Notes: generated by a model from the sequence alone, not told the origin. DNA of 64,000 nt from Octopus vulgaris (GCA_951406725.2 OX597825.1:56916001-56980000); one strand, 5' to 3'; positions 1-13,042 are shown, counted from the stretch's first letter. Numbers and translations are program-made.

Positions 1-102
1 GAAGTACACTTTCATTACATCAAGCTTTGGAGGGGTTGAAACGGAATTCGGCCAGTGTATATGTATGTATGCGTATGCTGTGTGTGTGTATCTGTCTATC
101 TA

Positions 103-144
<42 letters not shown>

Positions 145-238
145 CACCCGCACATACCTTAATTTGCATATATCATATACATGCACATTATTTACATATA
201 TGCGAGTGTGTGTTTATAGTATATGTATAGTTATGATG

Positions 239-332
<94 letters not shown>

Positions 333-337
<5 letters not shown>

Positions 338-1730
338 GACTTATACCCCTAACATTTCCACACTCACATTTATCCCCTTCCCCTCTTTCTATAAAGGCAC
401 TGCAACAGTCCTTTGGTACTCTTCCAGCCATATAACAAACATTCTTAAGCCTCATTAACCATTAAATCACTGTTACTCCTCCTTTCCTTAGGCATTCCAC
501 TGTACACCCATCTACACCTGGCGCCTTCCGGTTTGCCATCTTTCGCAGGGATTCCCTCACCTCCTCTCTACCAATTGTACTTTAGTTCCATTCCCCAACA
601 ACAGGCATTCTCCTCTCTCATCCTACAGCCACTATACTTGCTTCCTTATCATCCGCCACATTTAACAGCTCACTAAAATTCTCTGCCCATCTCCTTCGTA
701 CATCCTCACTTCCTTTCAACAAATTTCCATTTACATCTTTCACCCTTTTCCCCTTTTCTCCAACCACCTTTCTTACCCTTTGCACCTCTTTCCAAAACAT
801 CTTTTTATTTCTTAGAAAATTTTCACCCAACTTTTTCCTGAACCTTTCACTCGCCTCCCATTTCGCCAACCTCACCACTCTCTTAATTCTCCTCCTAACT
901 TCTCTGTAGCGATCATAAGCCTGACCATCCTCCTTCTGCAACCACTCTTAACTGTTCATTCTATTACTCATTACCTTTCCTCACGCCCATTCCAACCACT
1001 CGTGTACCAAATGCCTCAGAAGCACATCTCATTACAGCCTCTCTAAAAGCCTTCCACTCCCCCTTCACATCTCCTACCTCCCGTTTTTTTTACCCGTTCA
1101 TATTCACCTCTCAATTTCTCTACATACACCTGCTCTTTCTCTCTCCTATCCAGTTCACTCGCCTTCACAACCTCTCTCCTCCCTGTCACTCGTCCAGCAT
1201 TCCATTTTGACCATACCTTCAATTTACCCTGTACTAGGAAGTGATCTGACACTCCTCCACCTTCACCTCTCATTACATGCATATCCACCAACCTTCCTGC
1301 AACTCTCTTATCAATTTATATATAATCCATCAAGGTCCTACCACTACTGTTCCTCCCTCCACTCTCCACCACGTGAACTTATTCTTCTCCCACTTTTTGA
1401 AAAGGCTATTCTCCACCACCAACTCCTGCTCCATACACACTTCCAACACCTCCTTCCACTCTCATTCTGACCAGGAACTTCAAATTTTCCTACTACATTT
1501 TCTACTTCCTCATTTCTCACTCGTGCATTCAAATCACCCAACACCACCACAAACCACTTTTCCCCCCACCCTATCCATACACTCTGTCTGTTCCCTCTAG
1601 AACTCCTCTATTTCTTCTTCACTCTTTTCACTCCCTGAACCATACGTACTAAAAAAACACCCACATCTCTCCTCCTAACCTCATCTTAACCCACATTAAT
1701 CTTGAAGACACCCACGCACATTCCATGGCC
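333..1730 (-). mobile_element. Degenerate RTE-like LINE fragment (APE endonuclease to start of RT)
   Basis: Frameshifted translations VVLGDLNARVRNE..GKFEVPGQNESG and GVSDHFLV (APE motifs), and GEGDKCECGNVRGISLL (RT N-terminus). Ends in a (TG)n tract. Confidence 0.85.
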
Positions 1731-1799
1731 CTAGTACTAGGATGAGATTTGGTGTTAACCTTCTCCCTTGTCTTTTTCTTGCTGTCTGTTTAGGAATAT

Positions 1800-2240
1800 A
1801 GATTTACTAGGATAGACGAATATTGAGGTGGTTTGGCCACATGGAGAGGATAGGTGAGGAGCAGGTGGTAAGGATGAAAGCTGAAGTGGTATGCTGCAGA
1901 ACCAGAGGCAGACCTCGGTTTGTGTGGATGGAGTGAGTAAAGCTTTGGTGGTTAGAGGTGTTGGAGTGAGGGAGACAATAGAGTTTATAAATGATAGGAA
2001 AGCTTGGAAAGTGTTTGTGGACGGATGAGTAGATTTTGATTTTGCTCAAAGAGGTACGGAACCAGCATGATGCGGCGGAGGTAAACCAGTATCGGGCCCC
2101 GCTGCGGATATTGGGGGTTGCGTTCTATGCCTTGACCGGAGCATTGAACGGGGCTCGCCTCTTTGACCTGAGAATAAATAGAATGCCTGGTGTGTGTCTT
2201 GCTGTGGTTACCCCCTCCTAAAAAAATGGGGAATAGGCCT
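1800..2240 (+). mobile_element. LINE 3' end (RTE-like C-terminus plus probable 3' UTR)
   Basis: RRILRWFGHMERIGEEQVVR..RTRGRPRFVWM matches the RTE C-terminal LRWFGHxxR / RGRP motifs. Confidence 0.75.
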
Positions 2241-2351
2241 GGGAATATGTATATATATGCATGTATGACTACCTATAGTTGTCAGTTACTGTACATTCCT
2301 CCAATGAGTAATTCTGTGTTCGCTTTGCTGGACAGTAATATTGTTTGGGGC

Positions 2352-2678
2352 ATATATTAGCAATGATTATAATGATATAAAACATAGAGATTTATTCATC
2401 CTCAAAATTTATTTCCTCTTATTTTACAATTTTAGCATAGTATAATGGTCTTTATGGCCTACAAATTACGGGCAGTTGCAGAGGTAACCTAACACGCTTT
2501 TCGGTGCAGCTTCTTCAGGGTCTATCCATTTGGCTAGTTTCGAAGCATCTGCAACTGTCTGTAATCTATGCTGTGAAAACGCGTGTAGGTCATACAGGCC
2601 ATAATAGTATGCTGTGTAAATTTGTAAAATAAGTGGAAGTCTCCATGTTCTATATCGTCATAATTATTGCTTATATAT
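2352..2678. mobile_element. Foldback element with ~80-100 bp imperfect inverted arms and HHR-like motifs
   Basis: 2352-2450 is the diverged reverse complement of 2600-2678. A solo arm copy lies at ~4379-4472. Minus strand 2486-2522 reads GACC-CTGAAGA-AGCTGCACC-GAAA-AGCGTGT-TA-GGTT. Confidence 0.65.
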
Positions 2679-2718
2679 ACATACATATGTGTGTGTATGT
2701 GCGTGTGTTTTTGAGTAT

Positions 2719-3017
2719 GTTAGTTAGTTAGTTAGTTAATTTGGCTCAAAAGCAAATAGCAAGGCCATGTAGGGGGACATGGAGTTAAGTACAGGGTGGT
2801 GTTCATGTAAAGAGTTCAGGCCACTTGAGGTCCAGGGAGGCTTTGAACAAAGCGGTCGTCGGCATCTTCACCATCTCGTCTGGCAGCTTGTTCCACGGAT
2901 CCGCAACCCGGACGGAGAAAGCTCCTCTCCTTCGATTGAGATGAAATCGTCGCAGGTAAAGCTTTTCGGAATGACCCCGCAGCCGACGCTCTGGAGCAGG
3001 AGTGAAGAACAGCTCTT
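2719..3017 (-). mobile_element. CR1-clade LINE 3' end with (TAAC)n tail
   Basis: Minus frame LRGHSEKLYLRRFHLNRRRGAFSVRVADPWNKLPDEMVKMPTTALFKASLD matches the CR1 C-terminal RGH..FS.RV..WN.LP..FK..LD signature. (GTTA)n tail at 2719-2738 on plus. Confidence 0.85.
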
Positions 3018-3093
3018 TGTGTGAGTGTGTGTGTTTGAGTGTGTGTATGAGAGAGTGTGTGTATGAGAGAGTGTGTGCATGAGAGAGAGAGAG

Positions 3094-3175
<82 letters not shown>

Positions 3176-3489
3176 TGTGTGTGAATGTGCGTGCGCGTGT
3201 GTGCGTGCGTGAAAAATAGGATAACACAGGAACTAAATTATTGTGTGAGTGTTTGGGTATATATCATATATGTTTGTGTATATATTATAGAAATCAGTTG
3301 TAATACATAAGAAAGAAGAGTGGTCTAGTGTGGACTCGTGATATGTATTGAAGTTTAAGATGGCAATTTGGTAAAGTAATTTCAAGCGATGCAAATGGAA
3401 GGAAGTTAAGTACGAAAAAGACCAAGTGGACATGGCAAGAGATGGAGGCAAGGTGAAACTTGAGTTCAAGAGATTCAATGTCCTTTCTA

Positions 3490-3900
3490 CTAAGGCACAA
3501 GGCCTGAAATTAGGTGGGGGAGTGAGGCAATCGATTAGATTGGTCCCAGTACGCAACTGGTACTTAATTTATTGACCTCGAATGAATGAAAGACAAATTC
3601 GACCTCGGTGAGAACGTAAAGACAGACGAAATACCGCTAAGCATTTCGCCCGGTATGCTAACGATTCTTATTTCTTTATTGCCCACAAGGGGCTAAACAT
3701 AGAGTAGACAAACAAAGACAGACAAAGGGATGGAGTCGGTTACATCGACCCCAGTGCGTAACTGGTACTTAATTTATCGACCCCGAAAGGATGAAATGCA
3801 AAGTCGACCTCGGCGGAATTTGAACTCAGAACGTAACGGCAGACGAAATACCGCTAAGCATTTCGCCCGGCGTACTAACATCTCTGCCATCTCGCCGCCT
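3490..3900 (-). mobile_element. Two adjacent tRNA-derived SINE copies, family B (Meta-core-like)
   Basis: Minus strand has a tRNA-like head with B box GAGTTCAAATTCC, then the core TTTCATCCTTTCGGGGTCGATAAATTAAGTACCAG. Confidence 0.85.
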
Positions 3901-4273
3901 TCAAGAGACTCAGTACCATGAAGACGCTGACAAAGGACAATAAGACGGGGCTATATACTGAGTTCGTGAATACGTTTCTAACTCATACAAGTGAGGACAA
4001 AAGACGTAAAATGATAACGATGATGATGATGGTGGGTGGTGGTGTTGATGGTGGTGATAGTGATAGTGATGGTGATGGTGGTGGTGGTGGTGGGATGTTG
4101 ATGGAATAGTAATGGTAATGGTGGGATGATAGTGTTGGTGGTGATGACACAAGTAATGGCATGGTGATGATGATGGTGGGGGTGCTTGTAATGACGATGG
4201 CTGTAGCGAGGAGAATGACAATGATCATGATGATCATGATATATACCCAAACGCACGCACACACACGCACGCA

Positions 4274-4316
<43 letters not shown>

Positions 4317-4762
4317 ACTCTCTCTCTTGATAGTAGTGGTGATAGTGGTGGTGGCAGTGAGGACGGTGATGATGATATGTATATATAAGCAATAATTATG
4401 ACGATATAGAACATGGAGACTTGTTCATCCTCGAAATTTCCTCTTATTTTACAAATTTACACAGCATATTATGTTGGTGGTGATAGTGATGATAACGTGC
4501 AATGCTTCACACATACACATGCAAAGAATTCCATTAAGGGTAAGCGTCCGGACCTGTTTCTCAGGAATACTCAGCCACTTCCACAGCTTTAATAGTACAT
4601 TATGTAGAGAGTCTCATTGATCGAATAAATATTACCTATAGATGATCCATTATTTCAGGTGGTTTTAGAGGAGGTGGTGGTGGTATTAGTGGTAGCAGTA
4701 TGAGTAGCAGTAGTACCAGTAACATTAGTAGCAACAGCAACAGCAGCAGCAGCAGTGGCAGC

Positions 4763-4814
<52 letters not shown>

Positions 4815-5573
4815 TGTTATGAATAGTGACTAGAAGTGTTTTGATGAAGAAACAGTGGTGGTGGTGGGGGGTGTTATTCTTGTCCTCATCGATGCCTTCT
4901 TTATTGATGTCATTACTGCTGTTCTTAATGTTGTTGTTGCAGTTGTAGTTGTTTTTGTTGTAGTAGTAGTTGTTGTTGTTGTTTTTCCAATCACGTCATC
5001 TTTCGAAGACATCACCAGCTGTCCTAACAGCCATCTTCACACACCGACTCCTATTGACATTGCCCCCCCTCCCAGCTTTGGTTGCTCCAGGCAACCATCT
5101 GTCATGGTGTCCCTACAATCTTTGATGAGTGCCACCAACATCACCACCACTACAATAACAACAACAACAACAACAACAACAATAACAATTAACAGCACCA
5201 TTCTCTCACACAGACTCTCTCTCTCTCTCTCTCTCTATGCATGTAGGTGTGCATTTATGTATATGTGTATATGTATGTATGTGTGTATGTATTTATGTGT
5301 ATGTGTTTGTGTGTGTGTGTGTGTGTATATATATATCTATATATATATATACACCCATACATATACATGTAGGTAGATAGGTAGATAGGTGTGAGAGTGA
5401 GTGAACGATTGTGAATGAGTGTGTCTATGTATTTGTGTGGATGGGGCTATTTTACTAGGCTGAAATAATGGTTTACTATGGTGCTGAGTTTGTTGTTGTT
5501 GTTTAACCCCAGGCCAGCCCTGATTGAGCAAAGAGTTTTTATGTGATGCTGCATTAATGTTTTGTAGTGTTTT

Positions 5574-5970
5574 GAGTGGCTGTGTGGTAAGTAGCTTGCT
5601 TACCAGCCACATGGTTCCGGGCTCAGTCCCACTACATGGCACCTTGGGTAAGTGTCTTCTACCATAGCTTCAGGCCAACCAAAGCCTTTTGAGTGTATTT
5701 GGTAGATGCAAACTGAAAGAAGCCCGTCATATATATGTGTTTATATATATGTACATGTGTGTATATGTTTGTGTGTCTGTGTCTGTCCCCCCAACATCAC
5801 TTGACAACCAGTACTGGTGTGTTTACATCCTCGTAACTTAGCGGTTTGGCAAAAAGAGACTGATAGAATAAGTACTGGGCTTACAAAGTCCTGGGGTCAA
5901 TTTGCTCGACTAAAGGCGGTGCTCCAGCATAGCCACCATCAAATGACTGAAACAAGTAAAAGAGTAAAAA
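5574..5970 (+). mobile_element. tRNA-derived SINE family A (CORE-like ACCTTGGG.AAGT, internal TA/TG microsatellite)
   Basis: Head GTGGCTGTGTGGTAAG..GGTTCCGGGCTCAGTCCC, tail CTGAAACAAGTAAAAGAG. Many copies in the window. Confidence 0.9.
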
Positions 5971-6251
5971 AAATAATAGTGTTCTGTAGAGTTGTAACAG
6001 TATTCTGTGGTGTTGTGCTGCTATTCTGTGATGTTGTACTGTTCTTTGGTAAAGTTGTAGTGTTCTATTGTTATAGTGCTGTTGTGTTATATTATAGCAG
6101 TAATGTTCTATGGTATTACAGTAATATTCTATGGTACTGTTGTAGTTTTCTCTAGTGTTGTGGCAGCGGTGTGTAATGCTATAGAAGTGTTCTGTTGTGC
6201 TGCACAAATGTTCTGATGGTTTTATATATAGAAAGAGAGAGCTTCAGCCTC

Positions 6252-6585
6252 CTGGCAAAACATCATCCACATTTAATTTTTTGCCAAAAACAACCTGATA
6301 TTGTTATTGGAAAACTTTGTGAAAAACTTGTGGTAAATGTGTAATATGTGATTCTTGTGTTCGACCATGCACATTGGTGCATATCTGGGATGAATGCAAT
6401 TATGGTCCATATCAAGGATGCAGTGTCATTTGGGGGGACCAGGTATATCAATCTGATGCTTATTACTGCAGAGAATGTACCATCATAGAAAAACATAGAG
6501 ATGGCTGCCCTAAAATTATGAACCTTGGAAGTGCTAAGATAGATCTTTTCTATGAAAGGAAAAATATGGATTCAAGAAAAGATAG
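6252..6585 (+). pseudogene. PHF5A: Processed pseudogene of PHF5A (SF3b7/Rds3, U2 snRNP zinc-cluster protein)
   Basis: Intronless translation (L)[50 protein letters not shown]../[46 protein letters not shown] changed to CTG, several frameshifts, A-run at ~6687-6699. Confidence 0.95.
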
Positions 6586-7239
6586 GACTAACATTTTTTT
6601 TATTTTATCATTATATATGTATATATATTCATATATGCAAAAATCGAATGAGACAGAAGCAGAGTCCTTTAGATTGCATTGTACTCAATAAAAAAAAAAT
6701 CATTATTTGCATTATATACAGTGAGATATGAAACAATGGCTTGCATATTCATTCTTAATACATTCCTGCTGATTTGAATCAAATATGCTAATCACTGATA
6801 TGTATGTCACAGGAGAACAACTTTTCTTTTTTACAATGACAATGTGTTCATAATACACTCAGTTATTGATGTAAGGGATTCTGGGACATGGTGTGTGTTT
6901 TCGACTAGAAATACCCAGACCTTCAAGCCTAAACAAGCTGCTGACTTTGTTCATAACAAACTAGTGGCAGGCATAGCTGTGTGGTAAGAAGCTTGCTTCC
7001 CAACCACATGGTTCTAGGTTCAGTCCCACTGTGTGGCACCTTGAGCATGTCTTCTACTATAACATACGTGTGTGTGCGTGTGTGTGTGTGTCTGTCTTTC
7101 TGTCTGTCTGTATATGTGTATGTGACTTTTTGTCTGTGTTAGCCCCTCACCACCATCACCATCACCACCACTTGACAACTGGCGTGTATTAGCTCTCAGT
7201 CATATTCCAGTTAACGGCTAACCATAATGACCAGTGTAT

Positions 7240-7487
7240 GGAGGCGCATGGCTTAGTGGTTAGGGTGTCAGCATCATGATCATAAGATTGTGGTTTCGAT
7301 TCCTGGACCGGGCGACGCGTTGTGTTCTTGAGCAAAACACTTCATTTCACATTGCTCCAGTCCACTCAGCTGGCAAAAATGAGTAACGCTGCGATGGACT
7401 GGTGTCCCATCCAGCTGGGGAACACATACGCCATAGAAACCGGGAAACCGAGCCCATGAGCCTGGCTATGCTCTAAAAGGGCACATT
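7240..7487 (+). mobile_element. tRNA-derived SINE with V-core-like domain
   Basis: A box TGGCTTAGTGG, B-box-like GGTTTCGATTCC, CTGCGATGGACTGGTGTCCCATCCAG..AGAAACCGG. Second copy at 63583-63810. Confidence 0.8.
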
Positions 7488-7729
7488 TTTTATTCATTTA
7501 CAATGACCAGTATTTAACATGAGTATCTACATTTAGTTGTTAATCACTCTGTGAATACTCCTTGATGGGTAATTCCATGTACTCTTTATTTTATAGTTAT
7601 ATACAGCATATTATAATAACCTACATGTATTTTTGTTGCAGTGACTACTCACTACTACTGCAAATACATCCTCGCAATATTGTCAGTGCAACTTCAAAGT
7701 GAACTGATTTACATATATATATATATATA

Positions 7730-8935
7730 TATTCTTTAACTCATGAAGCTTAAATATTTTTCGTCTTTTTCATTAATAAATATTTTTCGTCATTTTCATT
7801 GATAATTTTATTCTATTTTTTACACGTCTTCACGAGTTTAATTTCTTATAAACGCTAAGACCTACATTTTTACGTTTAAAATTCAGTTATATTATTTTCA
7901 TCAACAAGCTAAGTAACGTTTTTTATTTAACAATATTATTTAACTTTTGAATTGTATTAAATTTGATTATTATTATTGTTGTTGTTGTTGTTGTTGTTGT
8001 TAAAATATTAATTTATATATAATTTCTTGATAATTATTAATTATGATATGTATTTCTATTTATTTATTATGTTTTATTATTATTTTTATAATGATTTAAC
8101 GTATTACATTTAATTTAATTTGAGAATTAATTTTGTAAGACAATATATTATTTAATAGTTTAGGTGGCCTATTTATTACGTAGTATTACATTTAAGTAAA
8201 TTAGTTTAAAATTAATTGATATTTTGGTCAACTATATAATTGAGTAAAATATTAAATCTATAGATACTACGTATATATTAATATATTTATAATATAGTTA
8301 GTTTATCTAATAGATGTGTATATATTTAAACCATTTCCTATTATTAATTCTAATATTTATAGTTTGTACTAACATTATGTATATTACTTAACATTAAGAT
8401 TTTTAATATAAATTACTTAATGAGTATAAGATTTTATTTAGATGTTTATTAAATAAATCAATTAATTAATAATTTAATTTAATGTATATAGATTAAATTA
8501 TAGTAGTTAGTTTTCACTTAATGTACATTTTGTATTATATATATATATATTTGTTTTGAATATTTTAATTAATTGTATCTTATTTTTTATTCTATTTTTT
8601 ACTTAAACAAGAATATATTGTTAAGACATTTCGTATTTTACAAGATTATTTACGTATATTTATTAATTTATCTAATTAATTATTTTATTGTTTTTATCTT
8701 TAACCTGAAGAGTGGCTATATTTATATTGAAGTGATTTTACTATTATTATTACTAATATCATTTCTTAAATATAGCCACGAAACACGTGTCGTTATTCTA
8801 CCAAATATATACTTTTTATTTACTATTTTGCCCATTACTTAATCATTGTTATATGTTTTATCTTATATTTAAACTTTCTATAATATGTAGTTTTTCTAAA
8901 TGGCATAATTTAATTTTTCATTATTGAATTGATAA
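7730..8935. other. Very AT-rich non-microsatellite island containing a hammerhead motif
   Basis: Visibly more AT-rich than the flanks, free of the local SINEs, no credible ORF. Bounded by (TA)n on the left and (TG)n/(GGAT)n on the right. Confidence 0.6.
8701..8795 (+). ncRNA. Minimal type-I hammerhead ribozyme (Penelope-like), core intact
   Basis: Stem I TAAC/GTTA; CTGAAGA 8705-8711; 13-bp perfect stem II GTGGCTATATTTA/TAAATATAGCCAC; GAAA 8780-8783; palindromic stem III CACGTG; GUC triplet, predicted cut after 8791. Confidence 0.85.
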
Positions 8936-9104
8936 AAAGTGTTTTTTCTTGCATATATATGTGTGTGTGTGTGTGGATGGATGGATGGATGGATGGATGG
9001 ATGGATGGATGGATTGATGGATTGATGGATGGATGGATGGATGGATGGATGGATGGATGGATGGATGGATGGATGGATGGATGGATGGATGGATGGATGG
9101 ATGG

Positions 9105-9422
9105 ACTGGAACTCTGTCAATTATGACGACAAGGGTTCCAGTTGATCTGATCAATGGAACAGCCTGCTCGTGAAATTAACATGCAAGTGGCTGAGCACTC
9201 CATAGACATGTGTACCCTTAATGTAGTTCTCAGAGAGATTCAGGGTGCCACAGTGTGACAAGGGTGGTCCTTTGAAATACAGGTACTACACATTTTTGCC
9301 AGCTGAGTGGACTGGAGCAATGTGAGATAAAGTATCCTGCTCAAGGACACAACATATCGCTGAGAATTGAACTCATGACCTTATGATCATGAACCGAATA
9401 CCCCTGACCACTAAGCTATACT
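9105..9422 (-). mobile_element. tRNA-derived SINE (further family) abutting (GGAT)n
   Basis: Minus strand TAGCTTAGTGG A box, GAGTTCAATTCTC B box, TTGTGTCCTTGAGCAGG, CTCCAGTCCACTCAGCTGGCAAAAATG. Confidence 0.75.
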
Positions 9423-9463
9423 CTTGTTCCAACTGGAACCCGTCATCGTAACCACCAGAGTAC

Positions 9464-9494
<31 letters not shown>

Positions 9495-9529
9495 CATACA
9501 TACATACATACATACATACATACATACAT

Positions 9530-9560
<31 letters not shown>

Positions 9561-10082
9561 TACACACACACACATATTTATGAAATATCACATGTTTATT
9601 AAAAACAATACTTCTATGTTTACCTTACATCTCTCTTTAGCTAAGCACTATGTAGTTATTCTATCAATGAATACGAACTCAATGCATACTGGCTGTGTGA
9701 ATTAAGGTAATTGTATCATTTAGCTACAGTGCCTTACATTGTTCCTTAGTTTGGCCCTTAACTTTTTGATGAAGTCAAAGGGCAATAGTGTTGACATAGG
9801 TCAGGATATTTTTAGACCTGGAAGACTATCAGTCTCTGTATCTGGCCATATTTGATATCTTCAAGAGGAGACAAAGACAGACAGAAATAAGAGTAAAATA
9901 AAGAGAATAATTGACCCCAGTAGATTACTGGTGATTTATTTATCGACCACTACAGGATGAAAGGCAAAGCTGACCTTGGTATAATTTGAAATTGGAGTGC
10001 AAGAGAGCCAGAATAATTACCACAAAGCAAATTTCATTATGCTCTATCAACTTTGCCTTCTGACTACCAGCTGTCTACAGAC

Positions 10083-10573
10083 ACAGGTGCTGCTGTGTGG
10101 TATGAAGCTTGATTCCCAACCACATTGTTCTGGGTTCAGTCCCACTGCATAGCATGTTGGGCAAGTGTCTTCTACAATAGCTTTGGGCTGACCAAAGTCT
10201 TGTGAGTGGACTTGGTAGCAGAAAACTGAAAGAAGCATATCATGCACATACATATATTTTTATATTGTTTTACTTACTTCAGTCATTTGACTACTGTCAT
10301 GCTGCAGCACCGCCTTTAATCAAGCAAATCGACCCCAGGACTTATTCTTTGAAAACCTAGCACTTATTCTATCGTTCTCTGTTGCCTAACTGCTAAGTTA
10401 CCGGGACTTAAACACACCAACATTGGTTGCTAAGCAATGGTGGGAGGACCAACACAGACACAAGTACATGCATATATATACATATACATATATATACACA
10501 CATATGCATATATATATATATATATACACACATATATACATATACATATATATATACATATATATATACATAT

Positions 10574-10653
<80 letters not shown>

Positions 10654-11055
10654 TATATAAATATATGACAGGTTTCTTTCAATTTCTGTCTACCAAATCC
10701 ACTCACAAGGCTTTGGTCGGCCCAGGCCTATAGTAGAAGACACTTGCCCAAGGTTCCATGCAGTAGAACTGAACCTGGAACCATATAGTTGGGAAGTAAG
10801 CTTCTTACCACACAGCCACTATACATATGTGTGTATGTGTCTGTGTGTGTGTGTGTCTATTTTTCCCCCCATCACTGCTTGACAACCAGTGTTGGTGTGT
10901 TTACACCCCCATAACTTAATGGTTTGGCAAAAGAGACCAACAGAATAAGTACTAGGCTTAAAGAGTAAGTACTGGGACCGATTTGTGCAACTAAAATCCT
11001 TCAAGGCAATGCTCAAGCATGGCCACAGTTAAATAACAGAGACAAGTAAAAGAAT
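10083..11055. mobile_element. Nested family A SINEs: a minus copy (~10269-10820) splits a plus copy
   Basis: Plus 5' half 10083-10250 and 3' half 10821-11055 flank a full minus-strand copy at the internal microsatellite. Confidence 0.8.
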
Positions 11056-11764
11056 TAAAAAACCCTCTAAAGTAGGCATGGATAACCTCTTTTGCAAGGG
11101 AGGGCCACATGAGATAAAGCTTGTGATCAGATGGGGTGCACTACTAAATGATTTCAGGGCAATTTTTCATAAGGGATGCCATTCAGGATATCCTGCAAGC
11201 CACACTTTGCTCATAGTTGCTCAAAAATTTAACCTTTACAAAATCATTCATTGTATTCTTCCCTGGGAGCATAAATCAACTAGCTTTCTTTTAAGAGAGT
11301 GAATAGAAACCAGTCTCCCTTTTAGACTTCACAGTTAAAGGTTGTTAATGGTAGGAATGGTACACATCCAGAATTAACAACAATTCCTGCAACAATATGA
11401 AGCATTCCAACTCAAAAACATATGAAGAAATTGCTATAAAACATTAAATAACAAAAGTCCAGAAATCTAATATTACACTGAGTTTCACAATACATATGAT
11501 TGTGTGACTGTGTGTGTGTGTGTGTGTATGTGTGTGTGTGTGTATGAGTGTGTATGCATGTGCATATGTGTATCTGTATGTGTGAGTGTGTTTGTGTTTA
11601 TATATGTATAAATTCTACCAATCCACTAGAATAATATTAATAATAATGTTCTCAATAATAATAAGAGTAATAATAATAATAATACTTGTATGACAGTGTA
11701 TATACATCAAATTTTTAATATGACATTATATACACCAAATTCACTCATATTTACAAATAATACA

Positions 11765-11809
<45 letters not shown>

Positions 11810-12142
11810 ATGTATATACGTATGTATGTATGTATGTATGTATGTATACATGTATGTAGGTGTGTGTATATATATACATACATATATATGTATATATATG
11901 TATGTATTTATATATATATATACATATAGATATATATATATATGCATACATATATATGTATATGTATATACATATATATGTATATGTATATACATATATA
12001 TGTGTGTGTGTGTGTTTGTGTGTATGTATATGTATATACCCACACACACACATGTATAAAGAGAGAGTGAAAAGTATATTGCATCCAGTAAGTATAACAT
12101 AAAAATATACAACAATATATAATACAGAGAGAGAGAGGGAGG

Positions 12143-12186
<44 letters not shown>

Positions 12187-12279
12187 TATACAACAACAAT
12201 ATATCATAGCAAGTACTATATACACAATGTTGAACTTTATTACTTATAGCAATGCACATGTCATATAAACTGCATCAAC

Positions 12280-12325
<46 letters not shown>

Positions 12326-12598
12326 TACATATATACATATACACACACATATATATATAGGTATGTACATATTTATTTATATATATGTGTATTTATAAAT
12401 TGTAACATATATGTACATATATATATGTTATACATACACACGCATACACATACACATGCACACAAACATATAACTTGACACATACGTATTGCACGTTGTT
12501 CTCTTATAAAAGCCAGCTTTGTGGAGAAAATTAAATTTCGGGCTTGTTTACAAAGAACAAATGTTCCACACTGATCATCATCATCATCGTCATCATCA

Positions 12599-12650
<52 letters not shown>

Positions 12651-12912
12651 TACTACTACTACTGCAACTAACTTTGCATTTGAAATGCATAAAATATTGA
12701 ATATGTAACTTTTGCTTTGTGGGAATTGTTCAGATTACATAGTGTACCAATCAATGTATATGTGAGTGCACGCTTACATACACACACACACACATACAGA
12801 TATATGCATATACATACATACACGCATGCATTATATTTATCTATATATACATACATATATAAATATACTATATACACACATACATTTATATATATATGCA
12901 TATATTTGTATT

Positions 12913-12992
<80 letters not shown>

Positions 12993-13042
12993 CATGCATT
13001 TATATTTATATAGAGATAAACACATACATTTGTATGTATATA

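Noticed and set aside
1-56. GAAACGGAATTCGGC as a possible 3' half hammerhead
   Set aside because: The 5' core would lie outside the window and the NUH triplet is not canonical.
7240-7315. SINE heads as tRNA genes
   Set aside because: They continue into SINE bodies and lack a complete cloverleaf.
8573-8842. Hydrophobic 89-aa ORF resembling a mitochondrial membrane protein
   Set aside because: No recognisable motif; composition follows from AT richness, and it overlaps the hammerhead.
11280-11350. Possible Penelope RT remnant (ESE*KPVSLLDFTV)
   Set aside because: Too short and degenerate to call.
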